Of a stretch of DNA of 64,000 nucleotides, positions 22,804 through 33,213 are shown piece by piece; position 1 is the stretch's first letter, and each line of letters opens with the position of its first letter. The position numbers and the translations under genes were made by a program. This DNA comes from Rebecca billardiae RCC1528 (Eukaryota > Protista > Haptophyta). The stretch is taken from NCBI GenBank assembly GCA_965240325.2, contig OZ251222.1, positions 2,852,001-2,916,000 of the forward strand, written 5' to 3'. The notes beneath the pieces are model-generated. The model searched no databases. It was not told the origin of the DNA and was given only the letters and a program-made list of their open reading frames with translations.

Positions 22804-23209
22804 CGTCACGGAGAGCACGGGCCGGCTTCGCTCCGACGGGAATCGGATGACTGAATGAAGCAGCCACGCCTACTGGCTACTACCGTAACGCCCGTACTAG
22901 TTTGATCGTTTGCAGCTAGTCGTAACATGCAGCGGCCAAGCTACTCGTCACTGACGAGTCAGCACTCAGACACTCCGTCTATCGGCTGATCTAGTCTCTG
23001 ACTGGCACCGAGATACGTACAGTACGACCACGCTACTAGCAGTCTTAGTCTTAGAGTACTGCTGCTATTTATTACTACGATACATGATTCATCACGACTC
23101 CGAGTCCGACGATGTACTATACTACGCGACTACTATACGCAGTAGTATACTTTATTGTACTGGCGCAAATTGATGATGCGATGCATGCTGACACTCATCA
23201 ATCATCACT

Positions 23210-24483
23210 GGCTCCGGCTTCGGTTGACCCCTGCCAGTCCGGTCATAGAAACCGGGCGTACCGAAAATGAAAACGACCTTCGCGAGGTCGCACGGAGGCG
23301 GTCGAAGGCTTGCTGGACTCGGGTTGGCGAGCTGAGCGCGAACCCGCACCGTTTGCCGCGATCGCTTGTTTTTACACGGCGCCAGAGCCCGATTTTCACC
23401 ATTTCTACTGGGAGTCCGGGTACTTTTATTGGCCTTTTGCCCACTATGGTGGTGCGGGCGCGGGTCGCGTTGGACGTGCCCATCGTGTTCGACACCGACG
23501 TCTCGGACGAACAGCTGGGAGGTAATCTTGGCGACCGCGATGCCGAGCACCTCTTTGCGGTCGCGCGTGACCTGGAGATCGTGCACACGGTGTCTGACAC
23601 GACCTCGTCAGTGCACCACGGTCGGTGCAAGCCTCTCTGCACGTTGCGCCGTCTCCGGACCTCTGCAATCAGATCAAGGTGAACATGTCGAGGACGCACA
23701 ACACGATGGAGCGGATGCTTTTCCATCTCGTCGTCGATATGCTCAGGCCTCTCTGTCTGGACGAGTACTTTGTGATCCTTACGCGCTCGACACTGCAAGT
23801 CGCGACGAGGGCGACTCACGAGCCCGAGACAAGCAGCAAGCGGCAGAAGGAGGCGGACGGGCAGTGGTGGACGATGGGGGGGCGAGTCTGATTTCAAGCG
23901 ATACGCGCGCATGGATCTTGACCGGCGCTCGCGCGAGCTGGGCACCGGCGAGATCGAGAGCGACACGATCGTCCGCGGCGTTGTCGTGCTCACGCCCGTG
24001 CAACCGATCACGCCTGACTTTCAGCGGCGCCCCAGCACGCGGCACGAGGCGGAGGCACGCGGCAGCGGCGGCGGAGCGGCCGCGTCTGGCGGTGTACCAG
24101 CTGAGAGAAGAGCGCGGCACAATGCTATGCGCGCGCAGCTGACCAACCAGAGCGCGCTCGCAAGTGCGGGGCGGTGAGCTGCCGTGAGGCGTGACATGGT
24201 CATGGCGTGCGTATCACGTCGATGCATGAATGGAATACAAGTTCCGTCAGAAATACCCGCGTCAATATGCATTTACCCATGTTTCGGATTTCGGTCAGAT
24301 TTCTGTATGTGTCACTTATAAAAATTGAGCCTGAAACATATTGGGAGGTGGGTGTATGCTCAATGTCGCTTTGAAGTCATCAATCCGGGGTCGGGAGGGA
24401 CCCGGCTATATGGTCCGCTCGAGTGACTTCGACTCGGTTCTCAGAATGCCCGCCACTGGCAGGGGTCAACCGAATCCGGAGCC
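23210..24483. mobile_element. 1.27-kb non-autonomous TIR DNA transposon, 29-bp TIRs, 4-bp TSD CACT
   Basis: GGCTCCGGCTTCGGTTGACCCCTGCCAGT (23210-23238) vs ACTGGCAGGGGTCAACCGAATCCGGAGCC (24455-24483), 1 mismatch. CACT lies directly outside both ends. Confidence 0.85.
23446..24177 (+). pseudogene. Fragmented coding relic inside the TIR element (product unidentified)
   Basis: Three short successive ORF pieces with host-like GC3 codon usage (MVVRARVALDVPIVFD..., IKVNMSRTHNTMERMLF..., MDLDRRSRELG...), broken by frameshifts and stops. Confidence 0.4.
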
Positions 24484-24621
24484 CACTGTGACACTCCGAG
24501 TCCGGACGACGACTCCGCCAGGCTTCAGTGAGTCACATCTGATGCATCAGATGGCGCCAGACTCCCAGTCACTACTCCGCCAACGGCATCATCTGGCCTA
24601 GCACTAGTAGTATAAGCGGAG

Positions 24622-27600
24622 CTACTCAAAGCGCGCACGAGGCCCGGCAAACTGCCTGCCGAAGACAGCCAGGCGCATCGTGTGCCCGTCCGTGTCCGTG
24701 GGGAGCTCCGCGGACGAGACGCCCGGCTCCGGCCCGAACGGCGTGGGTGCGGGCTGGCGCAGAAGATTGAGCGTGCTCCGCAGCGACCTCGATCGCCGCA
24801 GCACGGCGCTCCTGCACAGCCGCGCGCGCAGCCGGCGCCCGAGCCGGCGCATGTCGGCGATCACATCGGGGTGGAAGCCGAAGCACGCGAGCATCAGCAT
24901 CGCCTGCGCGTGGAAGGCGAGCTTGGCGACCAGCACGATCTCCACCTGGGGCGCCGCGCGGGCGGAGGGCGCGTACCGCGGTGAGGACGACTTCCCCGCG
25001 CGGTGGGTGTCGCGTGGTGCGCGCGCGCGCGTGCGCACCTGCAGCGTGGTGAGCCGGGGGCTGGCCAGGTCCTGCAGCGCGATGGAGAGGTTGAGAACGG
25101 CGGAGAAGATGGCGGCGGAGAGCACCATCAGGTAGCGCAGCGAGTCGTTGAACGTCTCGTTCAGCAGCTGCGCGTGCGCGTCGCGCTCCTCCTCGCGCGG
25201 CACGCCCCACACGAGCGACTCCATCATCGGGATGTAGTTGATCCCGCTCCGCGCGGGCACGCCGCCAGGCATCCGCATCGCCGACGCTCCGCCGCCGCCG
25301 CCGTTGTAAAAAAGGGGGCCGGCGCGGGCGCCGGCGAGTGGCGGGCGGTGCTCGTCCGCGGGGGCAGGCTCGCGCCGCGGCGGCGCGCGCTCGTGCGCGC
25401 TGTGCAGGAGCGACGTGCGCAGCTGCGCGGGTGGCGCGCCGTAGCGCGAGACATCGGCCGCGACGGCATCCAAGCCGCCGCCGCCGATGCCACCGCCGCC
25501 GCCGTCCGCGCCGCCGGCGCGCGCCGCCTGCGCGATGGCTGAGCCGACGCGCGAGCGCAGGTCGAACGCGACGTGCTGATGCGGCGGGAGGCTGCGCCGG
25601 CGCGTGATGCGGATCTCGATCCACGGATTCTCCCCGCCGCCGTTCGAGCCGGCTGCCGCGCCGAGCTGCTCCGGCCAATCGTCGTGCTCGGTTGGAGTGC
25701 CGCCGCCAGCCTCCTCGTCCTCCTCGTCGTCCGAGCCAGCGCTCCCGCGAACCGGAGTGTGCGCGCCGCCCGCGGCGAGCGCGCGCGCGGAGCCGAGCCG
25801 CGCCGGGCTGTCTCCGCGGGTGCGCCCCGAGGTGTCGTCCACCAGGCTGGACGAGTTGTCGCTCGCCGAGGGCATCCCCTCCAGCCCGCGCCGGCCGTCG
25901 TCGAACGTCCACGTGCGCGCGAGCGTGCGCAGCCCGGGCTCAGCGGCGCTCTCGGTGGCCGCGCGCGCGCGCACGGCCTGCATGATGTTGCCGAGCGAGG
26001 TCTCGTCGCCGCCCTCGAAGGCGGGCGAGGGGCGGCCGTCCGCGCGCTCGCCGAGCTCCCCGTGCGCGAGCGCCGGGGCCAGCTGCGACGGCAGCGGCGA
26101 GAGGGTGTCGGACGCGCCGGACGGCGACTGCGGCTGCGGCTGAGCCGACGCACGGCTGGGCGACTGGGCGTGCGCGCCGGTGTCGGCGCTGCTGCGCACG
26201 ATCGAGATGCTGTACTTGTCGTCCTCCGACTGGGCGCCCTTGCGCGCGAGCGCGCCGAACGACTCGCACGACGCCGACAGCCGCATCTCGGTGCGCAGGT
26301 AGCGCACGTTGAACAGCAGCAGCGGCGCGGCGGTGAAGACGGTGGCGAGGGCTAGGAAGATCACGCGCAGCACGGGGGCGCGCGCGTTGAGCAGGCCAAA
26401 GTTGCACTCGAACTGCCTGCGCGGGTCGTTGGGCTCCCACTGGCCGTCGAGCGGGTGCGCGATCTGCCACGTGAACAGCGCGAGGCTCACCGCCCAGCAG
26501 CCCGCGTGCCACCGCCACCGCTCGGCGCGCATCCGCTCAGGCGGCAGCCGGAGGGATCGGAAGAGCCGCGCGGCGAGCGCGGCCGCGTAGCACACCGAGA
26601 GGTGGTACGCGAGCTGCCGCGCGGCGTCGAGGGGCAGCCTGGCGGCGTGCGCGCTCGCGTGCACGCACGCCAGGCCCGAGACGGACGCCACCCCGTTCGC
26701 CACGATCAGCGGCACGAGCTCCGAGCGCAGCCCGCGGCTCAGCCGCCGGCCGGCCGAGAAGGCGACGAGCAGCCAGAGGCACGAGCCGAGCGCGAGCACG
26801 TCGATGGCGGTGAGGACGACGTCGAGGATGCCCCGCGTGGACACCACGTCGTCGCGCGACGCGCCCAGGTCGAGGATGATCCCCGTCACGACGATCAGCG
26901 GCGTCGCCACCACGAGGCTCGCGACCAGCATGCGGCCGGTCAGCTCGGTTGCGATCGCGTACTGCCTCGCCCACACGTACACGGTCGGCGCGGGCGGCAT
27001 GCAGCCGTAGAGGAAGGCGAACTGGACGGTGGTCGCGTCGTAGTGCGTGAGCACGCCGCAGACGTGGTACATCACGAGCGCGGCGACGAACACCTTCACG
27101 ACGATCAGCGCGCAGCCGACGAGGACGGACACGCCGTCGAGCACGGGACCCGGGCCTCCGCGCCCGCTGCCGGCCTTGAGCGAGATGCCGACGCTCAGCA
27201 GCGCCGTCGAGGTGTACGCCTCGCCGCAGTACTCGACGAATTGCGAGATGAAGGACGGCACCTTGCCGCGCAGCGTCACGTTGACGAGCAGCCCCGAGAA
27301 GACGGCGACCATCACCGGGCTGAGCAGCATGCCAAAGAGCACGCGCGTGCACCTGCACAGCGGAGCCCACCACGAGCTGCCGCCGCCGCCCTTCTTGCGG
27401 TAGGGCGAGCCGTACTCCATCATGAGAAGCCCCACCGGGTTGATGATGGCCAGCTGCAGCGGCACGAAGAGGTACACCATCTTCGCGTACATCGGCGGGA
27501 AGATGGCGTTGACGATCGGCACGGCGAACGCGATGTCATTCGACTTGGTCGTGAAGATGGAGAAGAGGCCGGCGCGGCCGATGGCCGCGGCGTTGCGCGA

Positions 27601-27870
27601 GCGCGAGAGCGCCGCGGCCGAGGTGAAGGCGAAGATGACCACCTTCGAGATGAACATGCCCAGCAGCAGCGTCCAGTTGACGCTCGACCAGTCCAGGTCG
27701 GCGACAGACGCGAAGAGCGCGCACGGAAGCGCGATGATCGCACAGAAGCGGCTCAGGCCGCCGGCCTCCGCGTCGTTAAGCACGCGGAAATGGCGCATCA
27801 AGTAGCCCACAACGATGATGAGCAGTGTGTACCCGAGGGCGCTCAGCAGCGGCCCCAGGAAGGAGCGCAT
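24622..27870 (-). CDS. GPR155: GPR155/LYCHOS-like protein: PIN/AEC-type 10-TM transporter + GPCR-like 7TM with a long intracellular loop; intron 24946-25038
   Basis: GLSRFCAIIALPCALF..LDWSSVNW, AGLFSIFTTKSNDIAFAVPIV, INPVGLLMME, FAFLYGCMPPAPTVYVWA and final helix VEIVLV...HAQAMLMLACFG align by eye with GPR155 motifs. Upstream ATG at 27972 is possible. Confidence 0.8.
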   Translation of the reverse strand: MRSFLGPLLSALGYTLLIIVVGYLMRHFRVLNDAEAGGLSRFCAIIALPCALFASVADLDWSSVNWTLLLGMFISKVVIFAFTSAAALSRSRNAAAIGRAGLFSIFTTKSNDIAFAVPIVNAIFPPMYAKMVYLFVPLQLAIINPVGLLMMEYGSPYRKKGGGGSSWWAPLCRCTRVLFGMLLSPVMVAVFSGLLVNVTLRGKVPSFISQFVEYCGEAYTSTALLSVGISLKAGSGRGGPGPVLDGVSVLVGCALIVVKVFVAALVMYHVCGVLTHYDATTVQFAFLYGCMPPAPTVYVWARQYAIATELTGRMLVASLVVATPLIVVTGIILDLGASRDDVVSTRGILDVVLTAIDVLALGSCLWLLVAFSAGRRLSRGLRSELVPLIVANGVASVSGLACVHASAHAARLPLDAARQLAYHLSVCYAAALAARLFRSLRLPPERMRAERWRWHAGCWAVSLALFTWQIAHPLDGQWEPNDPRRQFECNFGLLNARAPVLRVIFLALATVFTAAPLLLFNVRYLRTEMRLSASCESFGALARKGAQSEDDKYSISIVRSSADTGAHAQSPSRASAQPQPQSPSGASDTLSPLPSQLAPALAHGELGERADGRPSPAFEGGDETSLGNIMQAVRARAATESAAEPGLRTLARTWTFDDGRRGLEGMPSASDNSSSLVDDTSGRTRGDSPARLGSARALAAGGAHTPVRGSAGSDDEEDEEAGGGTPTEHDDWPEQLGAAAGSNGGGENPWIEIRITRRRSLPPHQHVAFDLRSRVGSAIAQAARAGGADGGGGGIGGGGLDAVAADVSRYGAPPAQLRTSLLHSAHERAPPRREPAPADEHRPPLAGARAGPLFYNGGGGGASAMRMPGGVPARSGINYIPMMESLVWGVPREEERDAHAQLLNETFNDSLRYLMVLSAAIFSAVLNLSIALQDLASPRLTTLQVRTRARAPRDTHRAGKSSSPRYAPSARAAPQVEIVLVAKLAFHAQAMLMLACFGFHPDVIADMRRLGRRLRARLCRSAVLRRSRSLRSTLNLLRQPAPTPFGPEPGVSSAELPTDTDGHTMRLAVFGRQFAGPRARFE

Positions 27871-28106
27871 CTCGCCAAAGTCAGTGCCGCTGCTGGGCAG
27901 CCAGCGCCCATGCGCCCTTGGTGAGGGCGCTCTCCGGGCGTAAATGAACGCGATCTGTTGAGTATCTTCCATGTATCTGACGTTGCTGGTCAGCAGTTCC
28001 GGGCTGGCAGTTCGACCCCGTCCGGCTGGGGAGGAGGACGAGTGCCGAAGGTTCGCGCGCAATAAAATCGTCAGGCAATAAAATCGGGGCATTGGGCGAA
28101 AGAAAG
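27871..28106. promoter_or_regulatory. Compact bidirectional promoter, GPR155-like / HAAO
   Basis: 236-bp gap between divergent ATGs. Doubled CAATAAAATCG at about 28060 and 28076. Confidence 0.5.
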
Positions 28107-29030
28107 ATGGCGGCGTCAACCTCGCAGCCGTACGGCCAGCCGCTCGCGCTGCGCGAGTGGGTGGAGGAGAACAAGCACCTGCTCAAGCCGCCCGTGTGCA
28201 ATAAGCTGGTATATGGCGCCGGTATGTGGAAGGCAATGGTCGTCGGCGGCCCAAACGAGCGCACCGACTACCACATCGAGGAAGGAGAAGAGTACTTCCT
28301 GATGCTGAAGGGCTCGATGTGCCTCAAGGTCATCGAGCGGGGACAGCCGCGCGATATCGCCATCCGGGAGGGCGAGATGTTGATGCTCCCAGCTCGCATC
28401 CCGCATTCGCCCAACCGCTTCGCGGACACCATCGGACTCGTCATGGAGCGCGAGCGCGCGCCCGGTGAGATGGACGGGCTGCGCTACTACACGAGCGACT
28501 TTCAGGCCGTGCTCTACGAGGAGTGGTTTCACTGCACGGACTTGGGCAAGGACCTGAAGCCCATCATCGACCGATTCCACGCCTCCGATGCCAAGCGCAC
28601 CGGCATTCCCGTCCCCAACCTGCCGCCACCGCCCGTCGAAGTCGAGAGCGAGGCAACCGTCGCAGCGCCGATCCCGTTTGCCGAGTGGCTTGCAGGCGCC
28701 CGCGCAGCCGACGGCGCTCCGGCCGCTACGATGGGGCGCTCGCTCTTTCCGGATGCCGGGCGGCACAACTTTGCCGTTGATGTGTATTGGGGGCCTTGCT
28801 CGTCTGAGCCGGTGGCCCGCGCAGGTGAAGTGATGCTTTTCCAGCACTCGGGGAATGCTGCCGTCCACGTCGACACAACGGCAGACACCGGCGCCGCAGG
28901 CGCCGGCGCCGAGACAATGCAGCTGCAGGCTGGCCAAATCGTGCTGCTGCCGCCAGGTGCACGCTATCACGTCATCGGTGCGGCCGATGACTGCGTCGGC
29001 CTTGAGTTCTATGTGCGTGGTACGAAGTGA
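28107..29030 (+). CDS. HAAO: 3-hydroxyanthranilate 3,4-dioxygenase
   Basis: WVEENKHLLKPPVCNK, VGGPNERTDYH.EEGEE, LPARIPHSPNR..DTIGLVMERER, YEEWFHCTDLG. Second cupin-like half present. Confidence 0.96.
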   Translation: MAASTSQPYGQPLALREWVEENKHLLKPPVCNKLVYGAGMWKAMVVGGPNERTDYHIEEGEEYFLMLKGSMCLKVIERGQPRDIAIREGEMLMLPARIPHSPNRFADTIGLVMERERAPGEMDGLRYYTSDFQAVLYEEWFHCTDLGKDLKPIIDRFHASDAKRTGIPVPNLPPPPVEVESEATVAAPIPFAEWLAGARAADGAPAATMGRSLFPDAGRHNFAVDVYWGPCSSEPVARAGEVMLFQHSGNAAVHVDTTADTGAAGAGAETMQLQAGQIVLLPPGARYHVIGAADDCVGLEFYVRGTK

Positions 29031-29781
29031 GACGGCGCCGCGCGGCGGGCGCCCGCGCGGCGCACTGGTCAGTCACTCAGTGAAGCCTAACTATACTGTA
29101 TACTAGTATACTCACTCAGTCAGTGCCGACCCAAATAAATCCCAAATAATCGGCCACGACCGGCCCCGTGCCCGTCGGCGTGGCCCATCCGGCCCGGATC
29201 GGCCCACTGACCCGCCGGTTACCGACGGTGGGTCCGGTGGCGGGCCGGCCCGGCCCGCTGCCCCGGTCCCGCGGCGGCGCGGCGACCGGAGCGGCCGGAC
29301 TCAGCGGGCCGTCGGAGTCGGAGAGACCGGCCGTAGTGCGGCGGAGTGACTCACTCAGAGTCAGACTCTCAGTGTCAAGTCAGATCACAAATGGCAGATG
29401 GGCGATCACAGATGGCCCGCGTTAGAGTGTGATTGTGAATTATATATACGACGCTAATTGCCTAATAATACTCTACTATTAAACCGCTTACTAGTCAGTA
29501 ACTATTACTAGTCGGAGACTGACTCATCAAGGCTACTCAGAGTCAGATCACTCAGTCTCAGAGGCTTCAGACTCGGACTGAGTGACTTGGACTCAACTTG
29601 GAGAGTGATCTCGCGGACCCCGGTCGTCGGACGGCGGCGGGGCTCAGAGACAGTCTAAGCCACAACTGCCACAAGCGGGTCAGCGGCTGAAAAGGCGCAA
29701 GGGCGAGGCCGGGCGGAGGCACGCGAACAGCGAAGGACTGGCGGGGGAGGAAGGACTCTCCTCGGAGCACGGACGGTGAGA

Positions 29782-30870
29782 TCACTTCGTTGGAACCGGC
29801 GCGCGCCGCTGCTGCAGCAGCGCGTTGAGCTGCGCGTTCTTGGCGGCGAGCAGGTCCCATTCGGTGCGCACGCCATCTGCGTCGCCCTCGCCGTCGTCAC
29901 CGTCCGACTTGGCCGCGCCAGCCTTGCTACCCTTGGGCACCTTGGGCGCGGGCCACGACGGCTGGTTTTTTTTGGCAGCTTCAGCTGACGAGCGCGCAGC
30001 GCTGGCGAGGATGAGGGGCAGCTTGGCCACGCGGGCGAGGAGCGCGCCGAGGAGGCGCGCCGCGCCTCGCATGCGAGCGAGCAGGCCGCCTCCCCAGCTG
30101 CGCCGCTCCGCGGCCGCATGATCCACCAGCGCATCCTCCGCCTCTGGCTGCGCCGCGGCGGCCTGCGCCCGCGCCTGCGCGATGCGCACGTCCGCAGCCC
30201 GGAGGTCCGCGGCGTGCGAGCTGCGGTGCGTGACGGGCGAGGGCGGCGTGGAGGAGCCCGTGGCACGCGCGTGGCCGTCGGTCGCGCGCGCCGCGGCGAT
30301 GCGCTGCGCCAGCGCCCCCGCGCCGAGAGCCCGGCTATGCGGGTGTGCCGAGGCAGAAGGTGTGTTGGAGCTGGCAGGGTGCGGCGTGGCGCGCGCCGCC
30401 GCGCGCGCCGGTGGGAACGGTGGGCGCGGCGTAGAGCGGCCGTTGGTCGGCTCCGGCGTCACGTGCGCCATCGAGGGCATCGGCTTGTGCAGGTAGTCCC
30501 GCCGACCGTTCACGACAGCCGCCGCATCCTTGACAGCCGTGGAGCGCGGGACGGGCAGTGGCGCCGTCATGTCGGGCAGCTGCTTGCTCTCGGCCTCGGC
30601 GGCGGCCAGGGCAGCGGCGAGCCGCTTCTCGCGCTCGGCCTTCTTGCGCGCAACGAGCTCCCGCCACGCCTCCTCCACCTTGTCCTTGTCGCCCTCGGCG
30701 TGCAGCTTGTCGAACATGGCGAGCTCGGACACACGCAGGCCTGCAAGCTCGGGCGGCTCCTCGAGCTTGCGCAGCTTGTGCCGGCGGATCGCGGCCCGCA
30801 CGGCCACCCACACGAAGAGGACGGCAAAGAGGCCGCTGGCGAGTGCGTTCGCCGGCGATGGCGCAGCCAT
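29782..30870 (-). CDS. Hypothetical protein with N-terminal TM and coiled coil
   Basis: ORF with GC3 codon bias. ALASGLFAVLFVWVAV TM followed by charged helices. Start and possible intron uncertain. Confidence 0.55.
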   Translation of the reverse strand: MAAPSPANALASGLFAVLFVWVAVRAAIRRHKLRKLEEPPELAGLRVSELAMFDKLHAEGDKDKVEEAWRELVARKKAEREKRLAAALAAAEAESKQLPDMTAPLPVPRSTAVKDAAAVVNGRRDYLHKPMPSMAHVTPEPTNGRSTPRPPFPPARAAARATPHPASSNTPSASAHPHSRALGAGALAQRIAAARATDGHARATGSSTPPSPVTHRSSHAADLRAADVRIAQARAQAAAAQPEAEDALVDHAAAERRSWGGGLLARMRGAARLLGALLARVAKLPLILASAARSSAEAAKKNQPSWPAPKVPKGSKAGAAKSDGDDGEGDADGVRTEWDLLAAKNAQLNALLQQRRAPVPTK

Positions 30871-31409
30871 CGTCCCAGGGAGCGACTTGACGGCCGCACG
30901 CGCAGCCGCAGGCGCGGCCGGGATCACGAGGAGCGACAGGAACGCCGGCACGTCGACGCGGCGCGTCTTGGCGGGCACGGGGATGTCGTCGAGGGCTCCC
31001 CGACCGAGACGAACGCTGGGATTCGTGCGCAGCCGGTTGAAGGACGCGGCCACCGAGCCACACGTCGGGCGTAGCGCGCCAGAACCCCCCATCTCGCGCG
31101 GGCGCGGCTGCGGCCTAGGGAGGCGGACGGCGATTTCAAACTCGCTGGTGAGCTTGCGTGCGGGCGGTGCGGCTGCCCGGCTGGTCGTCAACTTATTACC
31201 CGGCTACCCCCATACTCTAAACTCACAATTAGTCACAACCAAGATTTGAGATTTCGTCCGGTGATTATTTCGAGCCAGGGGCGATGCCCGAGCGGGGCGG
31301 AGGGCCGCGTCCGGGGCGTCCGCAAAAGTACGGTGCACCCGGAGCGGTGGCTCCACCGGGGTTGCATCCACTGCCACTGGGATCACTCGGAGTTGCGCCC
31401 GCGGCGTTC

Positions 31410-32912
31410 ATGCGCTGGGCGCGTGTGCGCGCATGGGGCGTGGCGCCCAGGTGGCTGCCTCTGCTGCTGGTACTGTCCGCTGCCTTGGCCATCACCGCGC
31501 TGACCCCGCAGCCCGCCGTCGCCACGGACTCCCGCTTCGTCGTGTACACGCGCACGTTCCATGACGCGCCATTTGTCGACCTGTGGGTGAAGTGGTACCA
31601 CATGCTGGGCTTCTACATCGTGATGCTCAACACGGGACCGCGCCAGATGCACCCACTCGTCAAGCGCGCCTATGACCGCATTCAGCAGATGCCCCGCGTG
31701 AAGATGCACATGGTGCCCAACGCGGGCAACGACGCGCTCGGCGAGCACCTGCACCTCGCGACCGGGCTGCCGGGCGTCGAGTGGGTGCTGATGGTCGACA
31801 TGGACGAGTTCCTCGTGCTCGACCGGCCGACGATCCAGCAGCACGTTGACCACCTCGAGTTGAAGTACGGCAGGCTCGACGCCGTGCAGTTCCGCTGGGC
31901 GATGATGGAGTCGGTCGAGCGCGGCTGCCCGACGCAGGACCTCGGCTCGCTCGTGCGCGAGAGCCCTATCAAGCCGTGGACGTACCTGAAGACGCTCACG
32001 CGCGCCGACGAGATCGCCTCCGTGCCAAGCCCGCACTACCCGCTGCTGCACTCGCAGTACGTGCCGCGCGCGCGCGTGCTCTGCGACGGCTTCATGTTCT
32101 CCGGCGAGCAGCCGGCGATCAACCGCACGATCATGTGGCTGCCGTACGGGCAGAGCGCGCTGCTGCACCTGCGCACGCGCTCGCTGATCGACATGCTGGT
32201 CAAGGCGATCAACACGCGGCTGAAGAAGAAGCCGCTGCGCAGTAAGGAGTCGCTCAGCACCGTGCTGCGCGCCGAGCACGTCGAGAACAAGCTGGACATG
32301 GCGCGGCTGCTCAAGCGCTTTGTGAGCGCGGTCGGCATCAAGGCGATGCAGCCGATCCGCACGGCGTGCGACGACCGCGCGCGCACCGCCTCGCACACGG
32401 TGGCCAACTTCACGGTGCGCGGGATGCGCAAGCGGCTGTACAGGCTTCTCGCCATCCAGGAGGCGCGGATGGAGGCGCTTGGCCACGCGAAGCTGCCGAT
32501 GTGCGACCAGTGGCTCGAGTACCGCGTGTTCGTCGCCGAGACGCTCGGCAAGGTTGGCGTGAACGAGGAGGCCTTCCTGCGCGCGGCGCACTTCCTCACC
32601 ACGGCCTTCAAGGCGAACATGGAGACGCACAAGGGCGAGGGGTGCGAGCACGTGCAGCTGGCGCACGTGGGCGTCAAGCCCAAGATCAACCCAGGGCTGA
32701 AGCACACGCACAAGTCGACGTCTGGACACTGGCACCACAGGCGACTGCGAGCGCATGGGTCCGCGCACGAGCACACCGGTCAGGGGAAGGGGTTCCTCCT
32801 CCCTGCGACAACGGCGAGTCCGCTCACAGTGAGCACGCCCGACTCGCTGGTGAGCACGTCGAGCTCACCGGCGAGCACGGCAGACTCACTTGTGCCAGTG
32901 CGACATCCGTGA
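31410..32912 (+). CDS. Type II membrane GT-A glycosyltransferase (GT92 / Glyco_tranf_2_4-like)
   Basis: Signal anchor, WVKWYHMLGF, EWVLMVDMDEFLV (DxDEF), KTL, PHYP and LLHL motifs. Confidence 0.75.
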   Translation: MRWARVRAWGVAPRWLPLLLVLSAALAITALTPQPAVATDSRFVVYTRTFHDAPFVDLWVKWYHMLGFYIVMLNTGPRQMHPLVKRAYDRIQQMPRVKMHMVPNAGNDALGEHLHLATGLPGVEWVLMVDMDEFLVLDRPTIQQHVDHLELKYGRLDAVQFRWAMMESVERGCPTQDLGSLVRESPIKPWTYLKTLTRADEIASVPSPHYPLLHSQYVPRARVLCDGFMFSGEQPAINRTIMWLPYGQSALLHLRTRSLIDMLVKAINTRLKKKPLRSKESLSTVLRAEHVENKLDMARLLKRFVSAVGIKAMQPIRTACDDRARTASHTVANFTVRGMRKRLYRLLAIQEARMEALGHAKLPMCDQWLEYRVFVAETLGKVGVNEEAFLRAAHFLTTAFKANMETHKGEGCEHVQLAHVGVKPKINPGLKHTHKSTSGHWHHRRLRAHGSAHEHTGQGKGFLLPATTASPLTVSTPDSLVSTSSSPASTADSLVPVRHP

Positions 32913-33213
32913 GTAGGCGAGCGCATCCGATGCTCGCGGCACTCGTCGTCGCTCGAAAACGACTGCGCTGTCTAGCAGTGTCGTTGTGTGCGCGCGGACC
33001 CATTCTGGCACTTCATTCTGCATATTCTGCTCCGCGCTTGCAGTCACCCGTAGTGCCTGTAGCCCATGCATGGATCCGCCGAGTCACCGCCGTCAGGACT
33101 ATACTGACTGTGACGACATTCGACGTGAATAACAATAAATCGATATACGCGTACATGTGGATCGATGAGCGTGGCAGCAGTCTCTCAGTCAGCGACGCTG
33201 CCCCAGAGGCTTC

